From NCBI GenBank assembly GCA_964527395.1, contig CAZGQD010000003.1, forward strand, positions 29,124 through 93,123: a stretch of 64,000 bases of DNA, read 5' to 3'. Shown one piece after another: positions 37,485 to 46,954 of this stretch (its first letter is position 1; every line of letters starts with the position of its first letter). The notes beneath the pieces were generated by a model, which was not told the origin of the DNA, searched no databases, and saw nothing but the letters and a program-made list of their open reading frames with translations. The position numbers and the translations under genes were made by a program. Origin of the DNA: an uncultured Methanosarcinales archaeon. Its GTDB lineage: Archaea > Nanobdellota > Nanobdellia > Woesearchaeales > GW2011-AR9.

Positions 37485-38717
37485 ATGGTTAAGCAGAAAA
37501 ATGGTGGAAAAGGCGCTAAGAAATCTGCTAAGGGTAAAGGATCTACAGAGGCTAATGTCGGACAAAGTCCTCTTGACGTTGCTTGTTCCTCACAAAGTGT
37601 TGTAACTCCATGGGAAGTTAAAGGTAATATTGATTATGACAAACTTGTTCGGGATTTTGGGCTAGTTAAGATGTCTGAGATTAAATTGCCTGCTGTCTTT
37701 AATGAAAATGTTTTATTTCGTAGAGGTTTGATTTTTGCTGGTCGTGATTTTGATCGTATTTTGAAATGTGTCAAAAATGGGAAAGAGTTTGCCATGATGA
37801 CTGGGCTGATGCCATCAGGGAAATTTCATTTTGGTCATAAAATGGTAGCAGATCAAGTTATTTTCTATCAAAAACTGGGGGCTAAAGTATATTTGGCAGT
37901 AGCAGATGTGGAAGCTTATAATTCACGTAATCCAAATATGAAAGAATTACGTAAAGTAGCTATTCAAGAATATCTTACTAATTATGTTGCTCTAGGGCTT
38001 GATTTATCAAAGTGTGATTTTTATTTTCAGTCAGCTCGCTCATTAGATGGAGCAAAATCTAATGCGTATTATTCACTTGCAAATATGTTTGGTCGGCATG
38101 TAACTTATAATGAATTTAAGGCAGTTTATGGTGATGTTGATCCTGGGAAACTTTCTTCGTCACTCCTTCAGGCAGCAGATATGTTGCATGTTCAAGTTGC
38201 TCCTTTTTCTAAGAAACCGGTGCCTGTTATAGTTCCAGTAGGAGCTGATCAAGATCCGCACCTTCGTTTAGCACGAGATCTGGCTAAAAGGTTTAAAGAA
38301 GTTAAGTTTGTGCCACCTAGTTCAACCAATCATAAGTTTATGTCTGGTTTAAAAGGAGGTAAAATGTCTTCCTCTGACTCTAGTTCTTATATTGCGCTTA
38401 CTGATTCTGCTTTTGAGGCAGCTAGAAAGGTTAAGAAATATGCTTTTTCTGGGGGACGTGCTACACTTGAAGAGCATCGTAGACTTGGTGGCGATCCAGA
38501 TATTGATGTAGCTTATCAAATGCTTTATTTTGGAATGGAGCCTGATGATAAGAAGTTGGCGAAGGTTTATGCTGATTATAAATCAGGTAAAATGCTTAGT
38601 GGTGAGCTGAAGCAGTATTTGATTGACAAATTGACTGTATTTTTAGAAGCTCATCAAAAGAAGCGTAAAAAGGCAGCTGCTGTTGTGAAGAGATTCATGA
38701 AGGAGAAAGGGTTTTAG
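37485..38717 (+). CDS. trpS: tryptophanyl-tRNA synthetase
   Basis: VTPWEV, HFGH, GADQDPH and KMSSS. Confidence 0.95.
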   Translation: MVKQKNGGKGAKKSAKGKGSTEANVGQSPLDVACSSQSVVTPWEVKGNIDYDKLVRDFGLVKMSEIKLPAVFNENVLFRRGLIFAGRDFDRILKCVKNGKEFAMMTGLMPSGKFHFGHKMVADQVIFYQKLGAKVYLAVADVEAYNSRNPNMKELRKVAIQEYLTNYVALGLDLSKCDFYFQSARSLDGAKSNAYYSLANMFGRHVTYNEFKAVYGDVDPGKLSSSLLQAADMLHVQVAPFSKKPVPVIVPVGADQDPHLRLARDLAKRFKEVKFVPPSSTNHKFMSGLKGGKMSSSDSSSYIALTDSAFEAARKVKKYAFSGGRATLEEHRRLGGDPDIDVAYQMLYFGMEPDDKKLAKVYADYKSGKMLSGELKQYLIDKLTVFLEAHQKKRKKAAAVVKRFMKEKGF

Positions 38718-39241
38718 TTTGTTTTGTTATTTTTGTTTTGTAAATAAGTTTTGATTGCGTCAAAGCCTCTTGTTCCTATTTTGTCAACAAAGTAAATTCC
38801 AACAGATGTAACGGTTGGTGATACAGAGGCTTTTTTTGTAAAATGAGAATATGCAAGCCTTGCACTGTGACAAATAGTGAAGTAAGCTGCAAATCCTAGG
38901 CAAATTTCATCTAATCCAAAGTTATGGTTTTCTGAGAAGCTATTTAATTTTTGAGCAGCATTGTAAGCACTTTCAGGAGGATTTCTAATTCCCATTGCAG
39001 AAGTAAGGAAAATTGAGTTTGCAATTATTCCTGCAGCTATACTGTCATAAATAGAAAAAGTGTTCTCAGGTAAGTTAGCAAACTTTGCAATTTTAGCTTG
39101 GCGTTCTGGTGGTAGATGAGCTATGCCTAACATAGAAGTAGTTAAAATTGCTGCTTTGTATTTTTTAGGGTGTATTGCCCTATTTTCTGGATTTTGAATA
39201 TATTTTTCTGATAAATCTTTGACTTTTTCTATTAGCTTCAT
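38714..39241 (-). CDS. hypothetical protein
   Basis: 175-aa ORF with hydrophobic segments. Confidence 0.5.
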   Translation of the reverse strand: MKLIEKVKDLSEKYIQNPENRAIHPKKYKAAILTTSMLGIAHLPPERQAKIAKFANLPENTFSIYDSIAAGIIANSIFLTSAMGIRNPPESAYNAAQKLNSFSENHNFGLDEICLGFAAYFTICHSARLAYSHFTKKASVSPTVTSVGIYFVDKIGTRGFDAIKTYLQNKNNKTN

Positions 39242-39363
39242 TTTGTTGTTATTTTGAGTGTTTTTTATAACTGTTCTGGACTATTGATGTTTTTTGATGT
39301 GTGATTAAGTGTTTTTATCTTCGTAGACTAAGGTTTGATCTTATTTGATCCTTTGTGTTTCTC

Positions 39364-39694
39364 GGCTCTGTAGAAAATCTCACTACGTTCGATGGGGGCG
39401 AGGCCAATGTCGAGCAAAGCTCTCCTGGCTTATTTATCCTCAAAGATTTTTCGGGACTTGACTATTCGCCAAGTTTTCAAGAAAAAATAAATGAATAGGC
39501 TCTTCTCCGTGTTCGTTCGTGCCTCACTCAGGTCGAATTGTATAGCTCTTTCGAAGTTTTAGTGATTCGTGGAAACACAAAGTGTTTCCAGACGCATAAT
39601 TCTTTGAATTCTGCATTCTGCATAGACGCCCCCCATACATACTTAGAAATGGAACATTTCTGGTACCCACTTCGTTAAGGTTTTCTACAGAGCC
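39364..39694. mobile_element. MITE family C, copy 1 (331 bp)
   Basis: 14-bp TIR GGCTCTGTAGAAAA; flanked by GTGTTTCT(C) repeats. Confidence 0.85.
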
Positions 39695-39702
39695 GTGTTT
39701 CT

Positions 39703-39978
39703 GATGCTAGGTCTTTGTTCTGGCCTTTTGCGATAATTAATGCAAAGTCTTTGGCGCGCTTGCCTCCTCACTGGCAATTACATTATGAAATTACACCAAC
39801 AACAAGCATTTTTGTTCATGAAATAGAACAAAAATTATTGCGTAGTTGTTTAGACCTGCGGTAAGTCTGGCCAAGCGCCATAGGACTTTTATTATAAAAT
39901 CGCAAAATGATGAATTTGCTAAAATTCAGCGTCTGGAAAATGATTTTTCCATAAAGGCCAGCTTAAGTACCCAGCATC
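39703..39978 (-). mobile_element. MITE family B, copy 1 (276 bp), carrying motif F
   Basis: Near-identical inverted copy of 59585-59860; TIR GATGCT(A/G)GGT; 8-bp TSD GTGTTTCT. Confidence 0.9.
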
Positions 39979-40069
39979 GTGTTTCTCGAAAACCTTATAA
40001 GCGATTGTATCTTTTCTATACTAGTTAATTGGTTATAGTGATGGTTAAGAGTAGTTAGAGGTTGTTGGA

Positions 40070-40279
40070 ATGGCTAAGAAAAAAGGTATTTTGAAGAATT
40101 TAGGTTGGAAAGCTAAGCCGATTAGTTCTACGTTTTTTATGACTTCTATTATAGGATTTTTAGCTTCATTATATGCAGTTTATCCAATGAGTGTTAGATA
40201 TGGTTTTTTATTGATGCTCGCATTCGGACTTATGTTTATTGCGTCATTAGTAAGTATGACTAAAGCACCACTTAAATGA
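40070..40279 (+). CDS. small two-TM membrane protein
   Basis: RBS-like GAGGT upstream; two hydrophobic segments. Confidence 0.65.
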   Translation: MAKKKGILKNLGWKAKPISSTFFMTSIIGFLASLYAVYPMSVRYGFLLMLAFGLMFIASLVSMTKAPLK

Positions 40280-40291
40280 GGATGGTTAATT

Positions 40292-40921
40292 ATGGCAAAG
40301 AAAAAAAAAGTGAGTAAGAAAAAGGCAAGCTCTAAAAGGAAAGTGGCTGCTCGGAAATCTAGTTCTAAGAAAAAAGTTGTTAAGAAGAAGTCTGCTGTTA
40401 GGGGGAAATCTTCTGCTAAGAGGAAAAGTTCTTCTAGTAGGTCTAAGAGTTCAGGTTCTTCAAGGTCAAAATCTTCAGCTAGTAAAGATTTGTTTTATTG
40501 GAAGTTTCCTAGGCGTGAATTTCAATTACTTCGTGTAGAAATGGCAGTATTGATAGTTTTATCTGGGCTGGTGTTTTTGTATATGTATTTACAGCCTAAC
40601 TTGAATACTTTTGCAGCAGTTGTGTCAGTGATACTGTTTGTGTCAATATATTTTGTAGTATCAGCTGTTTTGCATAAATTACGTAAAGTTGAAGAGATGT
40701 ATGAATTAAGTGCTTCGCATCTTGAGATTCAACGTTATGTGAATGGTAAAAAGACAGATCATCATAAGGTTCCTGTTAAAAAGATTAGTGGGCACAATTT
40801 TGATCACTTTTTTCATGGAGCATATGTAACTTTAGCAGATGGTACACGACATCCATTGTTTTTTGGAAGTTCAGCTGAGAGTCGCCATGTTGAAAGGAAA
40901 GTGAAGAGATATACTAGTTAA
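40292..40921 (+). CDS. membrane protein with a Lys/Ser-rich basic N-terminus
   Basis: ~65-aa K/S/R low-complexity tail, two TM segments and a soluble C-terminal domain. Confidence 0.65.
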   Translation: MAKKKKVSKKKASSKRKVAARKSSSKKKVVKKKSAVRGKSSAKRKSSSSRSKSSGSSRSKSSASKDLFYWKFPRREFQLLRVEMAVLIVLSGLVFLYMYLQPNLNTFAAVVSVILFVSIYFVVSAVLHKLRKVEEMYELSASHLEIQRYVNGKKTDHHKVPVKKISGHNFDHFFHGAYVTLADGTRHPLFFGSSAESRHVERKVKRYTS

Positions 40922-40945
40922 ATCAAATTTGAGGTAAAATAAAAA

Positions 40946-41680
40946 ATGGGAAATAACAAAACAGGAAATTACTTGGTTGCAGTTGTAGCAATTGTAGCTG
41001 TAGTAGGATTAGTTATGATGTTTACTGGGGGAGACTCTAGTGGTGTTAGTTTAGATTCAGGAGATGGAGCTATTGCCGGAATGGCTGTGAAAACAGGTTC
41101 TTTAGAGGGAAAAGGTATTTTGGTTACTGATGATTCTTCTAGGATCCCTTCAATAGATTTATGTGGAAACTCTATTTGTACAGAAGATGAAATGTGTGTT
41201 GATGATACTTGTGTAACATGTGAATCAGAAGATGGTGATAGTTATATATGGGGAGGAGATACTTCTGGTTTGTGGCCTGCTTCTGGAGGATATGAATATT
41301 ATTCAAGTATGAGTGATTATTGTTTAAGTGATGAAATTTTGGCTGAGCGATCTTGTTCAGGTGCTGAGATAGTTCAAGAAAATTTTGTTTGTGCAGATGT
41401 ATTGGATCCAGGTTATTATTGTTCAGAAGGAGCTTGTGTTCGTCAGAAAATTTCTTGTAATGAATTTAGTGATATTAAAGCAGGAGCTTCTTTTAGTATT
41501 GAAAGTGAAGGAGTTGTAGGAAATTATATTCAGCTTAGCGCAGATGAAACTTCAGCTTTGATTCAGCTTAACGCAAGACAAGAATATGTAACAATTGGTG
41601 AAAGAGCAGAAATTGAGGGTTATCAAGTACAAGTATTTGAAGCTGATGAATCGGAAGTTGTATTAAAAATTTATTGTTAA
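40946..41680 (+). CDS. secreted or surface Cys-rich protein
   Basis: N-terminal TM helix, ITGMA-like IAGMAV, Cys-rich acidic region. Confidence 0.65.
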   Translation: MGNNKTGNYLVAVVAIVAVVGLVMMFTGGDSSGVSLDSGDGAIAGMAVKTGSLEGKGILVTDDSSRIPSIDLCGNSICTEDEMCVDDTCVTCESEDGDSYIWGGDTSGLWPASGGYEYYSSMSDYCLSDEILAERSCSGAEIVQENFVCADVLDPGYYCSEGACVRQKISCNEFSDIKAGASFSIESEGVVGNYIQLSADETSALIQLNARQEYVTIGERAEIEGYQVQVFEADESEVVLKIYC

Positions 41681-41862
41681 TTTTTTTTTTAAATTAAATT
41701 TTATAAATAAAGTTCTATTTTAAGGTTCTAAGATGATTATTGAACCAATAGATACTGCTGTAGATGCTTGGATTCTGGAAGTAAAGAGGGTTTTTCTGAA
41801 GATCTGTATGTGTATATGAGTTTGGATCTTTGGTTTGGTGTTCTTTGTTGTTTTCTTTTTCA

Positions 41863-42020
41863 ATTTAGAGCTTATTTTGGCTGATTTAGAGCAAAAGAAG
41901 GTTGTTTTAAGCTATTTGGGCGAAAAGAAGGCTGTTTTGGCCGATTTAGAGCAAAAGAAGGTCATTTTAGGGGATTTGAGGGAAAAGGAGGCTAATTTGG
42001 GCTTTTTAGAAAGGAAGGTT
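41863..42020. repeat. 30-bp degenerate tandem repeat (about 4-5 units)
   Basis: ATTTAGAGCAAAAGAAGGYYRTTTTRGSYK-like units at 30-bp spacing. Confidence 0.75.
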
Positions 42021-42049
42021 TTTATTGTGTTGTTAGAGTTTAGTTGTTA

Positions 42050-42844
42050 ATGGTAGAATTAGTTACTTTTGTTCTGGTTGTTTTTGTAGGTCTAATTACT
42101 GGTTTTGTTGATTCAGTTATTGGAGCAGGAGGATTGATATCAATACCTTTTTTGATTTTTACAGGAGTTCCGCCACAAGTTGCTATTGCAACAGACAAAT
42201 TTGGTCTGCTTGGGCATATATTTGGGTCTATCCCTAAGTTTTGGAAGGAGAAAAAGATTGTTTGGAAATATGTCCCTTTGTTGTCTTTGTTGGGGATAAT
42301 TGGAGGGTATATTGGAACTAAGATAATAATTAGTGTGAATGAGGCTGCTTTGACAAAAGTTGTTGGGTTTGCTATCTTGTTTTTGTTGCCAGTTGTGTTT
42401 TTTAAGAAAGATTTAGGTTTGATTAAAAAGAAAGTTTCTAATTTGAAGAAAATAATTAGGTACTAGGAAATCGAGGATTTCCTGTACAGGAAAGCTTCGC
42501 TTTCCTTGTATCCGTTGTATTTACTTGCAATGATTTTTGGAGCGTCTATAAGTGCAGGATCAGGACCTATAGTGTTATTGTTTCTAGTATCTTTTTTTGG
42601 TTTAACTTTTATTCAAGCAAATGCAACAGATCAAATATCTTGGTTTTTTTTGTCTATTGTATCTTTGATAGTGTTTGGAATCAATGGTTTGATTGATTTT
42701 TGGCTTGGAATTGCAATATTGATAGGAATGAGTATTGGAGGTTACTATGATGTGAAAGTTGCTGTTAATAAAGGGAATGTTTGGGTTAGAAAGGCATTTG
42801 TAGTGGTTGTGGTATTGTCTGGGTTGAAATTGTTGTTTTTGTAG
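42050..42844 (+). pseudogene. TSUP/TauE-family permease interrupted by a 48-nt insertion with an in-frame TAG
   Basis: GAGGLISIP and AIATDK; both ORF halves are in the same frame, and removing 42461-42508 restores ...IIRYPLYL... Confidence 0.8.
42461..42508. mobile_element. 48-nt twin-hairpin micro-insertion D3
   Basis: TACT-AGGAAATC.GAG.GATTTCCT-GTAC-AGGAAAGC.TTC.GCTTTCCT-TG. Confidence 0.88.
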
Positions 42845-42881
42845 GTAAGGTTTTTAATGAGATGTGGTTTTGAGTATTTTT

Positions 42882-43466
42882 ATGGTAGTTGATATTGATT
42901 CGTTCTTGAAGATTAGAGCTATTTATGGTTTGAAGGCTATTGAGCGTTCTGGGACAGTTGTGACTGAGAGCGGTTTGGTGCGTCGTGATAACCCTGCGGA
43001 GCATTCTTGGAGTGCAATGGTTTTGGCTGATTATTTGATGAGTCGATTTTCTGTTGAAGTTGATAGGTTGAGGGTGTTAGAGCTGCTTATGTACCATGAC
43101 TTTGTGGAGATCAAATGTGGAGATGTTTGTATTAGTGATACTGAGGGGAGAAGGAAGAAGGCTCAAGAAGAAATGGTGGCAGCGCTGGAGTTCAAGGAGG
43201 AGTTTGCTAGTGGGTTTGGAGATAAGTTTTATTCGCTGTTTTTGGAGTTTGAGGCTTGGGAAAGTCAAGAAGCTAAGTTTGCAATGATGGTAGACAAATT
43301 TGATGCCTTCTTGCATTGTATGGACCATAAAGAAGAATGGGCAGGATGGTCTAAGGAGAAGTTGTTTTCTTACAAAGTTAAATATTTTGAGCCTTTTCCA
43401 GAGATATTAGAACTGTTTTATGCAATAGTTGAAAAATTAGAAAAAGAAGATTTTTTTGGTAAATAG
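42882..43466 (+). CDS. HD-domain hydrolase (YfbR/HD_3-like)
   Basis: LKAIER, AEHSW, YHDFVE and DKFD. Confidence 0.85.
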   Translation: MVVDIDSFLKIRAIYGLKAIERSGTVVTESGLVRRDNPAEHSWSAMVLADYLMSRFSVEVDRLRVLELLMYHDFVEIKCGDVCISDTEGRRKKAQEEMVAALEFKEEFASGFGDKFYSLFLEFEAWESQEAKFAMMVDKFDAFLHCMDHKEEWAGWSKEKLFSYKVKYFEPFPEILELFYAIVEKLEKEDFFGK

Positions 43467-43476
43467 AGTTCTTGAA

Positions 43477-43581
43477 TTATCCTGCTTTAGGGAAAATTCT
43501 TTGAAGCTCTTGTGAATCTTGCCGTGAAAGATTGTAGTTGACAAGATCTTTGAAGAACTTTTCATACATTGGTTTTGGCAT
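43477..43581 (-). CDS. possible 34-aa peptide
   Basis: MPKPMYEKFFKDLVNY... with an AAAGGT RBS-like sequence. Confidence 0.3.
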   Translation of the reverse strand: MPKPMYEKFFKDLVNYNLSRQDSQELQRIFPKAG

Positions 43582-43608
43582 GGTATTACCTTTTTATGAC
43601 TTTTTTTT

Positions 43609-43748
43609 AGTCATTTATGTGGTTGTCAGGCGTTAATGCAGGCGTGACCACTCGCTCTTAATTTTTGTTGAAAAACAACAAAAATGCTCGTTAATATACT
43701 CTTCAGTTGAATTTAATTGCCAGCGAGGAGACAACCACGTCAATGACT
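43609..43748 (+). ncRNA. structured motif F, copy 3
   Basis: Closing stem AGTCATT.ATGTGGTTGTC/GACAACCACGT.AATGACT; core CAGGCGTTAATGCAGG...ATTGCCAGCGAGGA. Confidence 0.6.
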
Positions 43749-43795
43749 TTGGATGTTTATGTGGACTCTTTTGTGTATGAGTTTGTTTTGTTGTC

Positions 43796-44065
43796 TTAGT
43801 TAGCTGGTTCGCTGGAACCTGTTGGAACTGCGCTCTTAGAGATAATTAAGATGTCGCCAACAGCTTTAACTAATTGATGTGGTACAATAACACCCTTAGC
43901 ACTTCCTAAAACTCTAGATAGGAATGAGTTCTTTGTTGATCTGATTTTCCACCCGAAAACCTTGTTACTAGTAATAATACTGTCTTCAACGTCACCAAAG
44001 TAGTCACCTGAATCTGTGTAAACCTTAATATCGTATGTTTGAGATACTTTTTTCATTTTAAGCAT
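43796..44065 (-). CDS. PRC-barrel protein (CdpB-like)
   Basis: VYTDSGDYFGDVED and VKAVGDILII. Confidence 0.85.
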   Translation of the reverse strand: MLKMKKVSQTYDIKVYTDSGDYFGDVEDSIITSNKVFGWKIRSTKNSFLSRVLGSAKGVIVPHQLVKAVGDILIISKSAVPTGSSEPAN

Positions 44066-44136
44066 AGTAAATTCACCTCACCTGAGAAGAATTTGGGATG
44101 TAAGTTTATATAGTTTTCTGTGCTTTTGTAGGCATA

Positions 44137-44838
44137 ATGGTGATATATCTACTAGGAACGTCGCATATTTCATCTGCTAGTGTAGCGCAGATCAAAAAGG
44201 AAGTTGGGTCGCTTAAGTACTCTGTTGTGGCTGTGGAGCTTGATCCGATACGACTCAAAAGTATGTTTTCTAAGGAATCTGGGAGCTTATCGCCTCGTTT
44301 GATCTTTCAAGTAGGTGTTGTAGGGTATTTATTTGCTGTGTTAGGTAGGTATGTTCAGCAGAAGCTTGGACGTGTGGTTGGAGTGATGCCAGGAGAAGAG
44401 ATGAAGACTGCTGTAGTTTTGTCTGCTAAAAACAAATTGAAATTGGCTCTGATTGATCGTAGAATAGATAAAACACTTCGGGCTTTTTCAACTGAGTTTT
44501 CTTTTATGGATAAAATGAGGATGGTTTATGACTTTTTTTATGCTATCTTGTTTCAGAAGAAGTATCTTGAGAAGGTTGGGTTTAAGAGTTTTGATTTGAC
44601 ATCTGTGCCTTCATCTGAAGTTGTTAAATTGATGGTTGGGCATTTGGAGAATCGTTATCCTAGTTTGTATAAGGTTTTGATTCATGATCGTAATAAAGTT
44701 ATGGTGAATGGACTTGTTCGATTGAGTCGGAAAGAAGAGAATGAGGGTGTTGATATGTTGGCTGTTGTAGGAGCTGGGCATGTTCCAGGGATGGTTGAGT
44801 TGCTTGAAAAGAAGAAGGTTGAGTTTGTGGTTATTTAG
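44137..44838 (+). CDS. TraB/PrgY-family protein
   Basis: LGTSHIS, AVELD..R, LIDR, DRN..M and VVGAGH. Confidence 0.9.
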   Translation: MVIYLLGTSHISSASVAQIKKEVGSLKYSVVAVELDPIRLKSMFSKESGSLSPRLIFQVGVVGYLFAVLGRYVQQKLGRVVGVMPGEEMKTAVVLSAKNKLKLALIDRRIDKTLRAFSTEFSFMDKMRMVYDFFYAILFQKKYLEKVGFKSFDLTSVPSSEVVKLMVGHLENRYPSLYKVLIHDRNKVMVNGLVRLSRKEENEGVDMLAVVGAGHVPGMVELLEKKKVEFVVI

Positions 44839-45566
44839 GTGATTTTTTTGAAATAAAGAGTTGTGGTGTCAGTTGTTGTTGGGGTTAATATGTAAGCATT
44901 TTCTGTTTTTCTTAATTCTACATGGAATAAATTAAGTTTTCTTCTTGCATCAGGAGTTTCTGTGAAGGTTGATTCAATTGAAATTTGTCCTGTTTCTCCA
45001 ATCAATGGAACTCTAGAAACAAAACAAAGGTGGTGAGGAACTCCTTTTGGTCTTTTACTACTTGCATTAGCGTAGCTAACTCCATCAGGGAGAGCAGATC
45101 TCCAGTGTTTAAGAATTACTTGATAGTGTCTTTCAGGATTTTTATTAGGATTTATTGGAATAACAACAGAAGTAAGGTTAGGGGATAGTTCAAGATAAGC
45201 AACTGTGTCAGGTTGACTAAGGGTTCTTTGATTTCCTGTAGCTATTTCATAAAGAGTTTCATTTGAAGTTGTTATTATGTATCCATTCATTTCAGTTAAT
45301 ATTCGTGATCCAGGAACAGTATTTGGGTTTGTTCTTCCAGGAATTATTTGGTTTTCAACGGCAGTAGAGATTGCTCTAGCCATTATGTCTTTTTGAGTTA
45401 TAAAAAGAAGATCAGTTAATCTTCTTCCTTGAGCATTTTCTGAATTAATAGAATGACCAGTATCATAATTGAAGTCTACTCTTTTTTTTCTTCCTCTTGG
45501 AGGACTAGTAGTTCTTACAGAAGGAAGAGAAGCTCTTCCTAATCTAGGTAAATTTGGTAATGGCAT
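44835..45566 (-). CDS. hypothetical protein
   Basis: 243-aa ORF with no recognised motif. Confidence 0.55.
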   Translation of the reverse strand: MPLPNLPRLGRASLPSVRTTSPPRGRKKRVDFNYDTGHSINSENAQGRRLTDLLFITQKDIMARAISTAVENQIIPGRTNPNTVPGSRILTEMNGYIITTSNETLYEIATGNQRTLSQPDTVAYLELSPNLTSVVIPINPNKNPERHYQVILKHWRSALPDGVSYANASSKRPKGVPHHLCFVSRVPLIGETGQISIESTFTETPDARRKLNLFHVELRKTENAYILTPTTTDTTTLYFKKIT

Positions 45567-45659
45567 AATGTATATGCTGCATATGGTGCTTTTAAAAGGG
45601 TTTTGGTTGGGATTTTGGAGTAGATTTATAAAAATGAGCTGTATTTTGCTTATTGTAGA

Positions 45660-46029
45660 TTACGCTAGGAAGCTGACGGTATCTTTATTGATGCTGAGGA
45701 AGGTCCGCCCACCGTAAATGAGCCTCCTTTTTAGGAGCTGGAGAAATTCAGGGCTCTGGAACAGAAACGACACGTCCTAAGTCTAGGCACTTAAAAACAC
45801 TTTGTGTTTTTAGGGCCAGAAAATCATATGATTTTCTTGGAATGATATGTGTGAAGCTTTGCGTGAGTGAAGGGAGTTAATCACTTGACTGTTTGAAACT
45901 TAGGGAACGATGAAACGGCGAAACCGCTCTGGTGCAAGTCTTTGACGCTTAGTCGAATGCTTCCAAATGCTTATCGGTAGTACTTTATTGTGCTGCTTTG
46001 GAGTATACAGAAGGTGGCCTATTGCGTGA
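45660..46029 (+). ncRNA. rnpB: RNase P RNA
   Basis: GAGGAAGGTCCGCCCACC, ACAGAAA, TGAAACGG, GGTGCAAG, TAGTCGAATG and ACAGAAGGTGGCCTAT in the canonical order. Confidence 0.9.
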
Positions 46030-46171
46030 CTACACTTTTTTCTTGTTTTTATTGCTTAATTTTTATAAATAAGGCATTATTTTGGGTTTTTATGAGAGAT
46101 TTTTATCGAAGCTTAGATCTAAGAATTAGCTCTGGAAGATTGAGTAGATTTAATATCAGAAGGAGGCTTGA

Positions 46172-46624
46172 GTGATTATGGAACTTACTGGAAATATAAA
46201 GAGAGATGTTTATTCTTTTTTGGATCGTGAGGAATGGAGAAGTCCAGTTAAATTGATTCGTATGATTGAAGGGGAGATGGGAAGAAGAGATTTAACTAGA
46301 AGAGATTTAATTCCTTTAGAACAAGATGGAAGAGGATTTATGCATGAGAATAGTGAAGTTGGTTTTTATATAACTATGAGTGAATTGTATAGGACCTTAA
46401 AAGAATTAGCTGATGAAGGTTATGCTTTAGAGGAAGACAAGGAAGTTGAAGGTTATGATGAGAATTCTTTGGTTGAGGATAGAAGGAAGGTGTTTCCATT
46501 TTATTTGAAGACAGATAAACCGTTTGAACCAGGGACTAGAGGATCAGTTAGGTCTTTTGATAGAGAAGGGGCTAACAATGTGACTTATTTTAATGAAGTT
46601 GGGCTTGAGAGGAGACTTAATTGA
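46172..46624 (+). CDS. hypothetical protein (possible wHTH)
   Basis: ELYRTLKELADEGY segment resembles PadR-type wHTH. Confidence 0.5.
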   Translation: MIMELTGNIKRDVYSFLDREEWRSPVKLIRMIEGEMGRRDLTRRDLIPLEQDGRGFMHENSEVGFYITMSELYRTLKELADEGYALEEDKEVEGYDENSLVEDRRKVFPFYLKTDKPFEPGTRGSVRSFDREGANNVTYFNEVGLERRLN

Positions 46625-46762
46625 TTTTTTTAGTTTTCTTTGCAAAGGGTTTATATATAAATAGGTGGATTTGTTAGTTTGATTATGGCATACATGGAAA
46701 CTAAGAGTTTCCAGTCGCCATTTTTCCTTTGAGGATAAAAATTTAAGGTTAGTAAAGAAAAA

Positions 46763-46936
46763 ATGGCAAAAGATAACAAAGTACACATGCCTTCTGGACA
46801 AGGAGGACTTACACGGTATTTTGATGAAGCTTCTAGTAAGATTCAGTTCTCACCGCATGCAGTGATTATAGCAAGTGTAGTGATTTTTGTACTTTTGATA
46901 CTTTTGCATGTTCTAGGTAATAGATATTTAGTTTAG
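46763..46936 (+). CDS. secG: preprotein translocase Sec61beta/SecG (not in the ORF track)
   Basis: MPSGQGGLTRYFDE...IQFSP followed by a TM helix. Confidence 0.88.
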   Translation: MAKDNKVHMPSGQGGLTRYFDEASSKIQFSPHAVIIASVVIFVLLILLHVLGNRYLV

Positions 46937-46954
46937 AAGATATAAGGAGTTGAT

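Noticed and set aside
39846..40028. 60-aa ORF as a MITE-encoded protein
   Set aside because: It crosses the element boundary and has no transposase motif.
41835..42050. 71-aa ORF with LADLEQKK repeats; possible CRISPR array
   Set aside because: It is the translation of a 30-bp tandem repeat with no unique spacers and no cas genes nearby.
42461..42466. Genome-wide TAG reassignment or pyrrolysine
   Set aside because: TAG ends conserved genes here at expected positions (top6A, trpS, minD), and this TAG lies within an insertion.
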